A stretch of 64,000 nucleotides of DNA from an uncultured Actinomycetes bacterium. GTDB taxonomy: Bacteria; Actinomycetota; UBA4738; HRBIN12. Position numbers and translations under genes: made by a program. The DNA is taken from NCBI GenBank assembly GCA_963792215.1, contig CAWBVL010000004.1, positions 46,256 through 110,255 on the forward strand, in the 5' to 3' direction. A model generated the notes under the pieces. It saw nothing but the letters and a program-made list of their open reading frames with translations. It did no database searches and was not told where the DNA came from. Of the stretch, positions 46,059 through 55,233 are shown one piece after another. The number at the start of each line of letters is the position of its first letter. The stretch's first letter is position 1.

Positions 46059-48611
46059 TTACTCGTAGCTGATGGCCTCGAGCACGTTGAGCTTGGCCGC
46101 TCGGCGCGCCGGCAGGATCGCCGCCGCCACGCCGATCAGCGCCGCGAGGATCATCAGGATGATCAGCTGCCCGACGGGAAGCGAGAGCTCCGTGATGCCG
46201 AGGTCCGACAGGGATCGCTGGAGCGCCCAGGCGAACAGGATGCCGATCGCCAATCCGAGGATCGCGCCCAACACCGCGACGATCACGGCCTCGATCCGCA
46301 CCATCCGCTTGACCTGCTTTCGGGCCATCCCCACCGCGCGAAGAAGTCCGAGCTCGCGCACCCGCTCGAACACCGACAGCCACAGGGTCGCCAGGATGCC
46401 GAACCCGGAGATGATGATCGACAGGAACAGCAGCACGAAGACGAATGCGAGCAGCTGGTTGATCGAGTTGAGGAACTGCTGCTTCGACGCCTCCTGATCG
46501 TTGGCCTGCACATTGGGATAGTCCTTCTGGAGCATCGCATCGAGCTGCGCCTTGGCGTCGGTTGGCGACACGCCCGGCGCATACTTCAGGAACACGTTCT
46601 GGTCCAACGGCTGTTCGACGTTCGCGTTGTACGTCGGCAACGAGATCACATAGTCGTTCAAGATGGCGTTGTTCTCGAAGATGCCGACGACGTTGAGTGG
46701 CACGGCACCGGTGGCGCTGAACGTCATCTGCACCGGGCTCCCGACGGAGAGCCCCTTGCCATCTGCCTCGGTCTTCGACACGAGCACCGCGCCGGGCTGC
46801 GACAGATCGGCCAGCGAGCCCGACGTCATCGTGACATCGGCGACCTGTGCGAACGTCGCCGGGTCGATCGCGATCGGGAACGTATCCGTGTTGGACGGGC
46901 CCACGTGGGCCTCCGTCTGACGGAGCTCTGACACCACCGAGAAGTTCTGATCCTGCCGTAGCTGCTCGGCCAGGTGCGTCGAAAACGGGTTGAACTGGTT
47001 GGACGAGAGGGTCAGATCGGCGCGCAGGACCTCATCGAGCGTCTTGACGGCCGACGCCTTGAGCGACGCCGCGAACACCGAGACGAACGCCACAAGCCCG
47101 AGCCCGATCATGAGCGCCGAGGCCGTCGACGCGGTCCGGCGCGGGCTCCGCTTCGCGTTCTCGTCGCCGAGGCGTCCCGTCGCGGTCCGGCGGAACGGCC
47201 GGCCGATCACCGCCGCGAGGCCACGCGCGAACAATGGGGAGAGCGTCGCGACCCCGAGGAACGTGAGCGCGGCGCCGAGCCCGACGAGCGCGCCGGGATT
47301 CGCGGCGCCACCGAACAGCGCGGCGAAGATCGCCGCGATGCCGAGCGCGAGCACGATCCCGCCGATGATCACGCGCCGACGGATCGACGAATCCGGCGTC
47401 GAGCTCTCACGCAGCGCTTCGATCGGGGCCACCCGCGACGCGCGACGTGACGGCGCCCACGCCGCCACGACGGTGACCCCGATGCCCACGATCAGCGACA
47501 CCACGACGGTCCTGGTCTCGATCGCGAGCGCGGTCGGCGGCAGCTTGAGGCCGAGCGCGCCGAGCAGCGCCTTCAGCCCGAACGCCAAGAGCACGCCCAG
47601 TCCGATCCCGAGGATCGAACCGATCAGCCCGACCGCGATCGATTCCAGCAGCACCGAGGTGCGCACCTGACGCCGGCTCGCCCCGAGCGCGCGGAACAAC
47701 GCGAGTTCACGGGTCCGTTGCGACACCACGATGTTGAACATGTTGAAGATGATGAAGGCGCCGACGAACAGGGCCACGAACCCGAAGATCAGGAAGAACG
47801 TCCGCAGGAACCCGAGCCCCTGTGACACCTGATCCTGCTGCTGGCTCGCCGCGGACGCCGCGGTGATCGACTCATAGCCACTCGGCAGTACCGACGCGAC
47901 GCTGGTCGCGAGTTGGCTCGGATCGACACCCGGATCGGCCTTCACGTAGATGGTGTCGAACTCACCCACGCGATCGAAGAGCCTCTGCGCAGTGGGGAGA
48001 TCGAACAAGGCCAACGTCGCGCCTAGGAAGCTGCTCGACGACCCGAGGTGCGCCACGCCGGAGACGGTGAATCCGCTCGGCCCGTTGATCGTGACGATCT
48101 TGATCTGCTGACCGACCGTGATGCCGTGATCCGTCGCAGTACCGGCGTCGATCACCACCTGGTCGGGACCGACGGGCGGCGAACCGCCGGGGTCGATCTG
48201 CAACGGGGTGGTAGCCGTGTCCCACGAGCCCCCGATCGGCGGCGCCCCGCCGTTCTGGATCACCTTGTTGGTGGTCGGATCGACGATCCAGGCCGTGCCG
48301 CCGATCGATCCCTCGGCGACGGCGACACCGTCGACCGCCTGGACCTTCGGCAACACGCTCGCGGGGATCGGCTGCCGCTCGCTGCCGCCGCCCGTGTTGT
48401 TCTGCCCGCTCGACTGGAACGCCGTGGTGCCCTGCACGACCACGTCGGTCCCCTTGTAGACGTCGCCGAAGAGGTCGTCGAAGCTCTTGAGCGCCGTGTC
48501 GGTCAGGATGAACGAGCCGGCCGTCATCCCAACGCCGAGCACGACTGCGAGCGCCGTCAGGATCAGGCGGAGCTTGCGTGCGAAGAGGCTCTTGATCGTC
48601 GCGCGGAGCAC
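46059..48611 (-). CDS. ABC transporter permease with two FtsX domains (MacB-like)
   Basis: 850 aa with duplicated FtsX-type 4-TM modules (RELALFRALGASRRQV and RELGLLRAVGMARKQV) flanking large extracytoplasmic regions. Confidence 0.85.
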   Translation of the reverse strand: MLRATIKSLFARKLRLILTALAVVLGVGMTAGSFILTDTALKSFDDLFGDVYKGTDVVVQGTTAFQSSGQNNTGGGSERQPIPASVLPKVQAVDGVAVAEGSIGGTAWIVDPTTNKVIQNGGAPPIGGSWDTATTPLQIDPGGSPPVGPDQVVIDAGTATDHGITVGQQIKIVTINGPSGFTVSGVAHLGSSSSFLGATLALFDLPTAQRLFDRVGEFDTIYVKADPGVDPSQLATSVASVLPSGYESITAASAASQQQDQVSQGLGFLRTFFLIFGFVALFVGAFIIFNMFNIVVSQRTRELALFRALGASRRQVRTSVLLESIAVGLIGSILGIGLGVLLAFGLKALLGALGLKLPPTALAIETRTVVVSLIVGIGVTVVAAWAPSRRASRVAPIEALRESSTPDSSIRRRVIIGGIVLALGIAAIFAALFGGAANPGALVGLGAALTFLGVATLSPLFARGLAAVIGRPFRRTATGRLGDENAKRSPRRTASTASALMIGLGLVAFVSVFAASLKASAVKTLDEVLRADLTLSSNQFNPFSTHLAEQLRQDQNFSVVSELRQTEAHVGPSNTDTFPIAIDPATFAQVADVTMTSGSLADLSQPGAVLVSKTEADGKGLSVGSPVQMTFSATGAVPLNVVGIFENNAILNDYVISLPTYNANVEQPLDQNVFLKYAPGVSPTDAKAQLDAMLQKDYPNVQANDQEASKQQFLNSINQLLAFVFVLLFLSIIISGFGILATLWLSVFERVRELGLLRAVGMARKQVKRMVRIEAVIVAVLGAILGLAIGILFAWALQRSLSDLGITELSLPVGQLIILMILAALIGVAAAILPARRAAKLNVLEAISYE

Positions 48612-49351
48612 TAACCCTCCAGCGACTTGATCTCGTCGAGGATCGCGTCGGCGGTCGGCGACCGCATCTCTTGCACCACGTTGCCGTCGGCGAGGAACAC
48701 GACCCGGTCGGCGTGGGCGGCCGCGTGCGCGTCGTGCGTCACCATCACGATCGTCTGCCCATGATCGTCGACCGCCGAGCGAAGGAAATCGAGCAGCTCG
48801 GCGCCGCTCTTCGAGTCGAGGTTCCCCGTCGGCTCGTCGGCGAAGATGATCTCGGGACGCGAGACGAGCGCGCGAGCACCGGCGACACGCTGCTGCTGAC
48901 CGCCCGAAAGCTCGGCGGGCCGATGGTGCAGTCGGTCGCCGAGCCCGACCGTATTCACGACCGTGTCGAACCAGCTCTTGTCGACGTCACGGCCGGCGAT
49001 ATCCAGCGGCAGCGTGATGTTCTCGCTCGCGGTCAGGGTCGGGATCAGGTTGAACGCCTGGAACACGAACCCCACGCGGTCGCGCCGGAGCTGTGTGAGC
49101 TGCTTGTCCGACAACGTGGTCAGGTCGATATCGCCGATGAAGACGTTGCCCTCGGTCGGCGTGTCGAGCCCGGCGAGCACATGGAGCAGGGTGGACTTGC
49201 CGGAACCGGAAGGCCCCATGATCGCGGTCCACTCCCCCGCGGCGAGGTCGAGCGAGATCCCGCGGAGCGCCTCGACGGCGGCGTCGCCGGACCCGTACAC
49301 CTTGTGGACACGGACCGCGCGCGCGGCGGGTTGGGTGGTCGTCGTCGCCAC
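48611..49351 (-). CDS. ABC transporter ATP-binding protein
   Basis: Start GTG 49351 with GGAGG 9 nt upstream. Walker A GPSGSGKST, signature LSGGQQQR, Walker B IIFADEPT. Confidence 0.9.
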   Translation of the reverse strand: MATTTTQPAARAVRVHKVYGSGDAAVEALRGISLDLAAGEWTAIMGPSGSGKSTLLHVLAGLDTPTEGNVFIGDIDLTTLSDKQLTQLRRDRVGFVFQAFNLIPTLTASENITLPLDIAGRDVDKSWFDTVVNTVGLGDRLHHRPAELSGGQQQRVAGARALVSRPEIIFADEPTGNLDSKSGAELLDFLRSAVDDHGQTIVMVTHDAHAAAHADRVVFLADGNVVQEMRSPTADAILDEIKSLEG

Positions 49352-49636
49352 AGCTGCTCCCTCCAGTGTTGTGGATCCTGCCGATCGTGCAGCCGGCCGT
49401 GATACGCGGACCGGTGGTCCCCTCACGACCGGGGCGACCTCGAACGGTCCGGGAGTCTAGCAACGGGGATATGAACGCCAGATGGATGGTGTGTGCAGGT
49501 ACCGCTGCGATGCAGCCTAGGTTGTGAACGCGAAAACCTGGTTCCGCATGAAGAGGGCGCCCACGAGGGGTCCCGTGTCTCAGGTAGGCCCGTGGACCGG
49601 TGGAGGGGGCGCGTTCGTGGGCGCCGGGTCGGCGGG

Positions 49637-49906
49637 ATGTTGGCGGCAGCCTTGGTCGCCCTGACGATCGTCGTCGCGCTCGCAGCTTCGTCCATCTCCA
49701 ACGCGCAGACCTCGATCTTCCCGTGCAGGTCAAGAAGACTGGCTCTACCAGGTGGAAGCCATTCGCGACGGAGACAACCGCGGGCCCAAGCCACCTTCAT
49801 GCCGGACAAGGGAGCACGCACCAACAGCGTCCGCTCGCGCACGCAGGTCGCGGGCGGGACGGTGGCGACCCAGTGGTCAGTCGCCAAGAGCGTGACGGTG
49901 AGCTGA
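49637..49906 (+). CDS. Possible small secreted protein; the middle section appears out of frame
   Basis: Signal-peptide-like MLAAALVALTIVVALAASSISNAQ. Third-position GC drops in the middle of the ORF, while the adjacent frame (VQVKKTGSTRWKPFATETTAGP) looks coding. The original frame recovers for the C-terminus ...VAGGTVATQWSVAKSVTVS. Confidence 0.3.
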   Translation: MLAAALVALTIVVALAASSISNAQTSIFPCRSRRLALPGGSHSRRRQPRAQATFMPDKGARTNSVRSRTQVAGGTVATQWSVAKSVTVS

Positions 49907-49931
49907 ACGGGCCGAGTGGTTCGGGGATCGG

Positions 49932-50003
49932 TGGGCGCGGCTGGGATCGAACCAGCGACCTCTCGCGTGTGAGGCGAGCGCTCTCCCGCTGAGCTACGCG
50001 CCC
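49932..50003 (-). tRNA. tRNA-Val (anticodon CAC)
   Basis: Hand fold: GGGCGCG-TA-GCTC-AGCGGGA-GAGC-G-CTCGC-CTCACAC-GCGAG-AGGTC-GCTGG-TTCGATC-CCAGC-CGCGCCC-A. 72 nt; CCA is not encoded. Confidence 0.9.
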
Positions 50004-50151
50004 GGGATGTCGCCACCTTACCAACGGGCCACATAGCGACGGCGGCACGCGCCCGCGCCGTGCCGCCGTCTGGGTCGGGCAAGCCCGAACCCTCGCGCAT
50101 CTTGCCTGCACCGCCCAGGGAGCGCAAGCCGGAAACGGATGGTTCGCCAGG

Positions 50152-50877
50152 TCAGAGGGTCGCAACCATCACCGGCGAGGTCGTGGGGGCGCTCGGACAG
50201 ACGCTTGACTCGACCGTCAGGGCGGCGACGTCGGCTGTGCTGAACGAGCCGCTGACCGGGAAGACGACCTGTCCATTGGTCGGGACGACACAGCCGAGGG
50301 AGGTCGGCGTTTTGCCCTTGATCGTCCAGAGCTCGTAGGTCTTGCCCGACGGCGGCGCGGCGAGGCCCGAACCCAGGACATAACCCTTGGTTCCGTCAGG
50401 GCTGACCGCGAGGGTCATCGCGCCGGCCGTCCCGTCGCTCGGCGCGAACGGCACGATCTGAACACCCTCTTGGCCGATGAAGCTCTCGGGATTGCGCGGA
50501 GCCGCGAGGTAGCCGCCGAGCGCGCCGACCGCGACCAAGACGATCGCCGCGGCGATCGCGACGAGCGCGTTGCGCCGGCGATGCGATGGCGCGATCGCCG
50601 TCGGACCACCGTCGCCACCGGCCGAACCGCCGCCCGGAGTGTCAGCGAGTGCCCTGACCACCGTTTGCTCTTCGAGTCCAGCAGAGACCGACGTCGGCTC
50701 AAGGCCTGCGCCGAGCATCGCGGCGGTGTCGGCGAACCCTTCGCGGAGCTCGGCACACTCCGCGTCGGGACCGTGGTCGGCCAGGAGCGCGTCAAGGTGA
50801 GCCCGGTCGTCATGCTCGAGTCCGCCCAGGGCTTCCAGCGCCAGCAGCTCCTCGATCTCGGTGTGGTCTCTCATCAT
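50152..50877 (-). CDS. Anti-sigma factor (RskA-like)
   Basis: N-terminal anti-sigma helix region, a central TM segment (ALVAIAAAIVLVAVGALGGYL), and an RskA-type C-terminal domain (TYELWTIKGKTPTSLG). ATGA overlap with the sigma factor gene. Confidence 0.7.
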   Translation of the reverse strand: MMRDHTEIEELLALEALGGLEHDDRAHLDALLADHGPDAECAELREGFADTAAMLGAGLEPTSVSAGLEEQTVVRALADTPGGGSAGGDGGPTAIAPSHRRRNALVAIAAAIVLVAVGALGGYLAAPRNPESFIGQEGVQIVPFAPSDGTAGAMTLAVSPDGTKGYVLGSGLAAPPSGKTYELWTIKGKTPTSLGCVVPTNGQVVFPVSGSFSTADVAALTVESSVCPSAPTTSPVMVATL

Positions 50878-51437
50878 TCCGTTTCCACCAACGCCGTGCG
50901 GAGCTTCCGCATCGCGAGCAACGCCCGCGATTTCACCGTGCCGAGCGGCAGCCCGAGCGCCTCCGCCACGCCGGTCTGGGACACGCCTCGGAAATACATG
51001 AGCTCGATCACCTGACGCTGCGCTTCGGGCAGCAAGGCCAGCGCCGCACGCACCGATGCCGCCTCACCGGGACGCGCAACCGCGGCCACAACGTCGTCGG
51101 CCGGATCCGCGATGACGATCGGTTCGGCTGCGACTTCCTCGGTCCGTCGCCGCTGCGCTTGTTCCCGCCGCACCAGGTCCACCGCACGCGCGTGCACCAT
51201 CGTGAGCAGCCAGCGCCGCACGGTCGCGCGGGTGTCGTCGAACCGATCAGGGTTCCGCCACAACTGAAGGAACCCCTCTTGCACGGCTTCCTCAGCGAGC
51301 TGGTTGCTCCGCGTCACGCGCAGGGCCACGGACTTCGCCACGGCGGCGTTCCGACGGAAGAGCTCGCGGAACGCAGCGCCCTCCGGGTCGCCCACACGCA
51401 CGCGTGCGAGCAGCTCGCGGTCGCGCGCGTCCTCCAT
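50874..51437 (-). CDS. ECF (sigma-70 family) RNA polymerase sigma factor
   Basis: Region 2 (AEEAVQEGFLQLWRNPDRFD) and region 4 (LPEAQRQVIELMYFRGVSQTGVAEALGLPLGTVKSR). The start is ATG 51437 or a nearby upstream GTG. Confidence 0.85.
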   Translation of the reverse strand: MEDARDRELLARVRVGDPEGAAFRELFRRNAAVAKSVALRVTRSNQLAEEAVQEGFLQLWRNPDRFDDTRATVRRWLLTMVHARAVDLVRREQAQRRRTEEVAAEPIVIADPADDVVAAVARPGEAASVRAALALLPEAQRQVIELMYFRGVSQTGVAEALGLPLGTVKSRALLAMRKLRTALVETE

Positions 51438-51709
51438 ATCGCGCACGCTCACGACGGCCTCCCAGCTTTGGGGGCGCCGCGTGCATGCATCGACGCGGCG
51501 ATCGAAGGCGGCGGTGAACACGACATCAGACGGTTCGCACTCCTCCCTCCCTCGGATCGGCCGGCGCCCGGGGATGATGCCACCACCTGCAGGTCCAGGG
51601 CTACCTGAGATGATCCGAACCGGGGCGAGCCGCGAACCGCCTCTGTAGGCGCGTACCGCTTGATCCGGCTCACCCGGCGGTAGGATGGTGCCCTGTCCGA
51701 CGGGGAGGC

Positions 51710-51895
51710 GTGATGCTCGCAGAGTCGATGGAGGACTTCGTCAACGGCCTGGTCTCCTGGCTGCCCACGAAGCTCGAGCACGTCGCCGAGATCGCCGTCT
51801 ACATGATGTTCCTGACGATCCTGCTGGCCATCCCATGGATCTTGTGGGTCGGCTACGCGGTGTCGACCACGAAGCGCTCGCGGCACGACGAGTAG
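51710..51895 (+). CDS. Small membrane protein (61 aa)
   Basis: Strong third-position GC bias through the whole ORF. GGGGAGG lies upstream of the ATG. One TM segment (IAVYMMFLTILLAIPWILWVGYAV). Confidence 0.5.
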   Translation: MMLAESMEDFVNGLVSWLPTKLEHVAEIAVYMMFLTILLAIPWILWVGYAVSTTKRSRHDE

Positions 51896-51944
51896 CGCCG
51901 GTCGCGATTCGTCACACAGCGCACCGTCCGCCATCCTGGCTGCC

Positions 51945-52700
51945 GTGGAACGCGTCGAGATCGAGGGTGAAGAGCCGACCCCCGAGCAGGTGCTCGCCGT
52001 CACCTCCACCTACGGCCACTTCACGGCGATGCAGGTCCGCGGCCGCAAGACTCGTGGGCTCGCGCTCCACACGGAACGGCTCGCCGCTTCGAACCGTGAG
52101 GCCTTCGACGCCGACTTCGATCCCGACCGAACGCGTTCGTTGATCCGACACGCACTCCGCGACACGGCCGACGCATCCGTCCGCGTTTACATCCACCGAG
52201 GCGATGAGAGACCGGTCACGGTCGTCACCGTCCGACCGCCGGCGGAGATGGCGACCCCGCTCAGGCTCCGCTCGGTCGCGTACCTCCGCCCGGATCCCCA
52301 CATCAAGCACGTCCACACCGATCAAGGGCACTACCGGGAGGCCGCGCAGCGAGAAGGCTTCGACGACGCCCTGCTCACGACACCGGACGGTCGGATCGCG
52401 GAGACCACGATGGCCAACATCGGGCTGTTCGATGCGGGCGGCGTGGTCTGGCCCGATGCGCCGATGCTCGACGGGATCACGAAGCAACTCCTGGAGACGT
52501 ACGGCCCAGGTCACGGCGTCTCGATGCGGGATCTACCTGTGCACGTACCCGACGCGGCCGCGATGGTCGGTGCATTCGTCTCGAGCGCTCGAGGGATCGG
52601 ACGCGTGTCGGCGATCGACGACATCGAGCTCCACACACCACAGGATCGCATCGACACGCTGAGCGGGGTGTATGCCGCGGTCCCTTGGGACGAGATCTAG
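51945..52700 (+). CDS. Aminotransferase class IV family protein
   Basis: Fold-type IV pattern (...GHFTAMQVR..., DDALLTTPDGRIAETTMANIGLF, LDGITKQLL). Confidence 0.75.
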   Translation: MERVEIEGEEPTPEQVLAVTSTYGHFTAMQVRGRKTRGLALHTERLAASNREAFDADFDPDRTRSLIRHALRDTADASVRVYIHRGDERPVTVVTVRPPAEMATPLRLRSVAYLRPDPHIKHVHTDQGHYREAAQREGFDDALLTTPDGRIAETTMANIGLFDAGGVVWPDAPMLDGITKQLLETYGPGHGVSMRDLPVHVPDAAAMVGAFVSSARGIGRVSAIDDIELHTPQDRIDTLSGVYAAVPWDEI

Positions 52701-53143
52701 CAGCACCGTACGGCGTCCCGCGGCCGTCGAGCCGTGACGGCATCGAAGGCGGCGCATCGGGCGACGGCGGCGCCGGCGCGGGGTTCGGCAACAACTGCTC
52801 GCCCACATAGCCGCCGTACTTGTTCTCCCACCGCTGCGGTCGTTGCACCAACAGGAACAGCACGATGATCCAACCGATGGTCGGGATGAACGTCGTGAAC
52901 CACCACCACCCGACTTCCCGGTGTCGTGCAACCTCCGAACCGCGGCGGCCGTCAGCGGCAAGAACAACGCGATGATCGAAAGCACGAAGAAGTGAGTGTT
53001 CCGATCGCCGCGGTCAGCACGAAGACGCCAAGATCAACAAGGACTGCGAACAGGAAGAACCGCCGGTACTCGCTGCGTGAGGCCCGGCCGTTGAAGTCGA
53101 CGTACTTTCGCAGGCAGGTCGACACCGACTCGCCGAACGTTGA
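52697..53143 (-). pseudogene. DUF805-like membrane protein, split across at least three frames; boundaries approximate
   Basis: Fragments: CLRKYVDFNGRASRSEYRRFFLFAVLVDLGVFVL / LSIIALFLPLTAAAVRRLHDTGKSG / (WWWFTTFIPTIGW)IIVLFLLVQRPQRWENKYGG. One switch sits in a G run (aagtcgggtggtgg). No clear start codon or stop was found. Confidence 0.5.
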
Positions 53144-53151
53144 TCGGCGTG

Positions 53152-53343
53152 CTACTCGTGATCGGGGAACTCGATCACGTACTCCCACAAGACGGCGCCG
53201 TCGACCTCCTCCATCCGACTCCGCGACCGACGAAGCGCCTGATCGGTATGTCCGTCTTCTAACGCGATCTCGCGGGCCATATACACGGCTTGCCGACGGC
53301 TCAACTCGGGCGACGTCTTTGGGATACGGATCGTGAGCGGCAT
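53152..53343 (-). CDS. Hypothetical 63-aa protein
   Basis: MPLTIRIPKTSPELSRRQAVYMAREIALEDGHTDQALRRSRSRMEEVDGAVLWEYVIEFPDHE. Codon usage looks less GC3-biased than the core genes. No family recognised. Confidence 0.35.
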   Translation of the reverse strand: MPLTIRIPKTSPELSRRQAVYMAREIALEDGHTDQALRRSRSRMEEVDGAVLWEYVIEFPDHE

Positions 53344-53407
53344 CGACGCAGCGTACCCAGCGCCCGATAGGAACGCGAATCCGCACGTCCTTACGTAGGC
53401 GCGGCGG

Positions 53408-53707
53408 TCAGGCGAGAGACCACGCGCGTGACTTGCGGAGCGCAGGCTGCTGCGGCAACAGGATGCCGCCCCACGTCGTTCCTCCGTCGCCGAGCGACGG
53501 GTCGAGGATCCGGATCCGCTCGAGCGGAACGAAGTCACGCCAGTCCGTCCACCAGTCGACGTGCATCAGGTCGTGATCGGCCGTGCACGAATAGAAGGCG
53601 CGCGCGACGTCATGGCCGTTCAGCTCGGCGTTGCGCCAGACCTCGTGCGGCTCGAGCGTTCGCCAGCATGCGAAGCACCGGTCGGGATAGAGCGCTTCAT
53701 CAGCCAT
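53408..53707 (-). CDS. Hypothetical Trp/Cys-containing 99-aa protein
   Basis: Taken from MADEALYPDRCFACWRTLEPHEVWRNAELNGHD...HVDWWTDWRDFVPLERIRILDP. The track ORF start at 53806 would run across the tRNA fragment. No family recognised. Confidence 0.4.
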   Translation of the reverse strand: MADEALYPDRCFACWRTLEPHEVWRNAELNGHDVARAFYSCTADHDLMHVDWWTDWRDFVPLERIRILDPSLGDGGTTWGGILLPQQPALRKSRAWSLA

Positions 53708-53764
53708 ACAACCCTGGTCGGGACCCGGCTGAAGAACCTTGAGTTCGACGGTGTTCGTCGCAAC

Positions 53765-53802
53765 TGGTGGCGCTAGAGGATTCGAACCTCTGACGTATTC
53801 CG
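53765..53802 (-). repeat. Degenerate copy of the 3' half of tRNA-Val(GAC); candidate att-site remnant
   Basis: Sense strand TCGGAATACGTCAGAGGTTCGAATCCTCTAGCGCC-ACCA against the tRNA's ACGGAAGAGGTCAGAGGTTCAAATCCTCTACCGCCCACCA: 34 of 40 aligned columns are identical. No matching 5' acceptor strand or D/anticodon arms lie upstream, so it is not a gene. Confidence 0.6.
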
Positions 53803-53906
53803 ACACGCATCCAACGCTGCGTTCACGTCGCTCACCGTAGACGACGCCCCGATGCCCGAGGGTTCCGGAATGTCCCCGGAAACCCCTGAGAGTCTCGCCT
53901 CAGTGC

Positions 53907-54559
53907 ATGCGGATAGGGTTCGAAGGTGGACGGCCACGTTGCATCGAACCGCGCGAGTTGGGACGCCGACGCCGAGAATTGGGTCGCGCCGGGTCGGGAG
54001 CGGTGGGCGGACGAGCGCATGCGCTGGGGTACATTGGGACGTTCCAGAAGATGAACTGCACCTGCTGCCCATGTTTCAGCGAGAGTTTGGAATCCCTTTC
54101 CCGCTCGTGCATGGAGATGCCGAACGCGCCCCGTTCCGTGATGCATCCTTCGACCTTGCGGTGAGTGAATACGGTGCAATCATCTGGTGCGATCCGCATC
54201 GCTGGATCCCGGAAGCTGCGAGGATCCTTCGGCCCGGAGGACGTCTGGTATGTCTCGGGAACTCTTACCTGCTGATGCTCACGTTCCCAAACGACGGGGA
54301 GAAAGCAACAGAGTCTCTTCAACGCCCGCACTTCGGGATGCACCGGTTCGTCGACGCGAACAACACGGCAGCCTCTGTAGAGTTCCATATTCCGCACGGC
54401 GAGATGATCCGTTTGTTTCGGCGTTCAGGGTTCGAGATCGAGAATCTCATCGAGATCGGCGCACCTTCGGCGGGTTCAGACGTCCCCTATCGGATGGCGA
54501 CGGTCAGATGGGCGCAACGCTGGCCGAATGAGCAAGCGTGGGTTGTCCGCAAGCAGTAG
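53907..54559 (+). pseudogene. Class I SAM-dependent methyltransferase remnant: N-terminal frameshift, and the SAM-binding motif I region is absent
   Basis: NRASWDADAENWVAPGRERWADE..MRWG in one frame, then HWDVPEDELHLLP joined directly to MFQREFGIPFPLVHGDAERAPFRDASFDLAVSEYGAIIWCDP...ILRPGGRLV. The expected VLELGCGxG block between these two is missing. Confidence 0.6.
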
Positions 54560-54644
54560 GAGCCGAGGCGGCCCGCCCGAGACAGGACCGAATGGAGGGT
54601 CCGTGAGGGGGTACTGCAGTCGCAACGATTCAAAGGGGGATGCG

Positions 54645-54797
54645 ATGCGCGACCCGCAGCCGGACTCGCCGATGCCCGGCCAGCCCGACGAACCCACGCC
54701 GGGTATGCCAGATCCGTTGCCGCCGCCCGACCCCGAGCAGCCCGAAGTCTTCCCGCCCACGGATCCCGAACCGGATGAGGTCGGCGGACGTCACTGA
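54645..54797 (+). CDS. Possible 50-aa Pro/Asp/Glu-rich peptide
   Basis: AAGGGGGA lies 4 nt before ATG 54645. MRDPQPDSPMPGQPDEPTPGMPDPLPPPDPEQPEVFPPTDPEPDEVGGRH. Low complexity, so coding status is uncertain. Confidence 0.25.
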   Translation: MRDPQPDSPMPGQPDEPTPGMPDPLPPPDPEQPEVFPPTDPEPDEVGGRH

Positions 54798-54906
54798 TTT
54801 CGCCCACGCGGCTTCGGACCCGAGATATCGAGGAGCGAAAGCCGCCTCGGTTCGCCTGCCCGAGGCCGCGCAGCTCTGATCGGCCCCGAAGTCTAGAGTT
54901 ACACCC

Positions 54907-55113
54907 ATGAGCGGCTACCCCTGTAGTTCGCCGGGATGCGAGAACTCTGCCTCGTGGGCGATCCTGTCTGAGCAACCGATGGAAGGCGATCACGCGCTCC
55001 GGAGCGTGTGGAACTACGTCGGCACGATGGTCTGCGACGGCCACCGAGAGACTGCCGAGGACGAAGCCCTTGAAGCTGAGAAGCACTACCGACTTATCGC
55101 TGTGCCGTCCTAA
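54907..55113 (+). CDS. Hypothetical 68-aa protein
   Basis: MSGYPCSSPGCENSASWAILSEQPMEGDHALRSVWNYVGTMVCDGHRETAEDEALEAEKHYRLIAVPS. No family recognised. Confidence 0.35.
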   Translation: MSGYPCSSPGCENSASWAILSEQPMEGDHALRSVWNYVGTMVCDGHRETAEDEALEAEKHYRLIAVPS

Positions 55114-55233
55114 GGCCGCTCGATTCGGTCTTCGAGGTCACCTGACGCTTCCGTTCGTATCTGTCGTCCTCACGCTGATAGCGTCCCGTCAAGCCGGGCG
55201 TGCATCGAGAGATCAAGCGAGACCGACCTGAGT

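Noticed and set aside
44328-46931. 867-aa plus-strand ORF
   Set aside because: It is antisense to thrS and the FtsX permease, both of which have clear family motifs. The composition is Arg/Asp/His/Leu-rich and it is a shadow frame.
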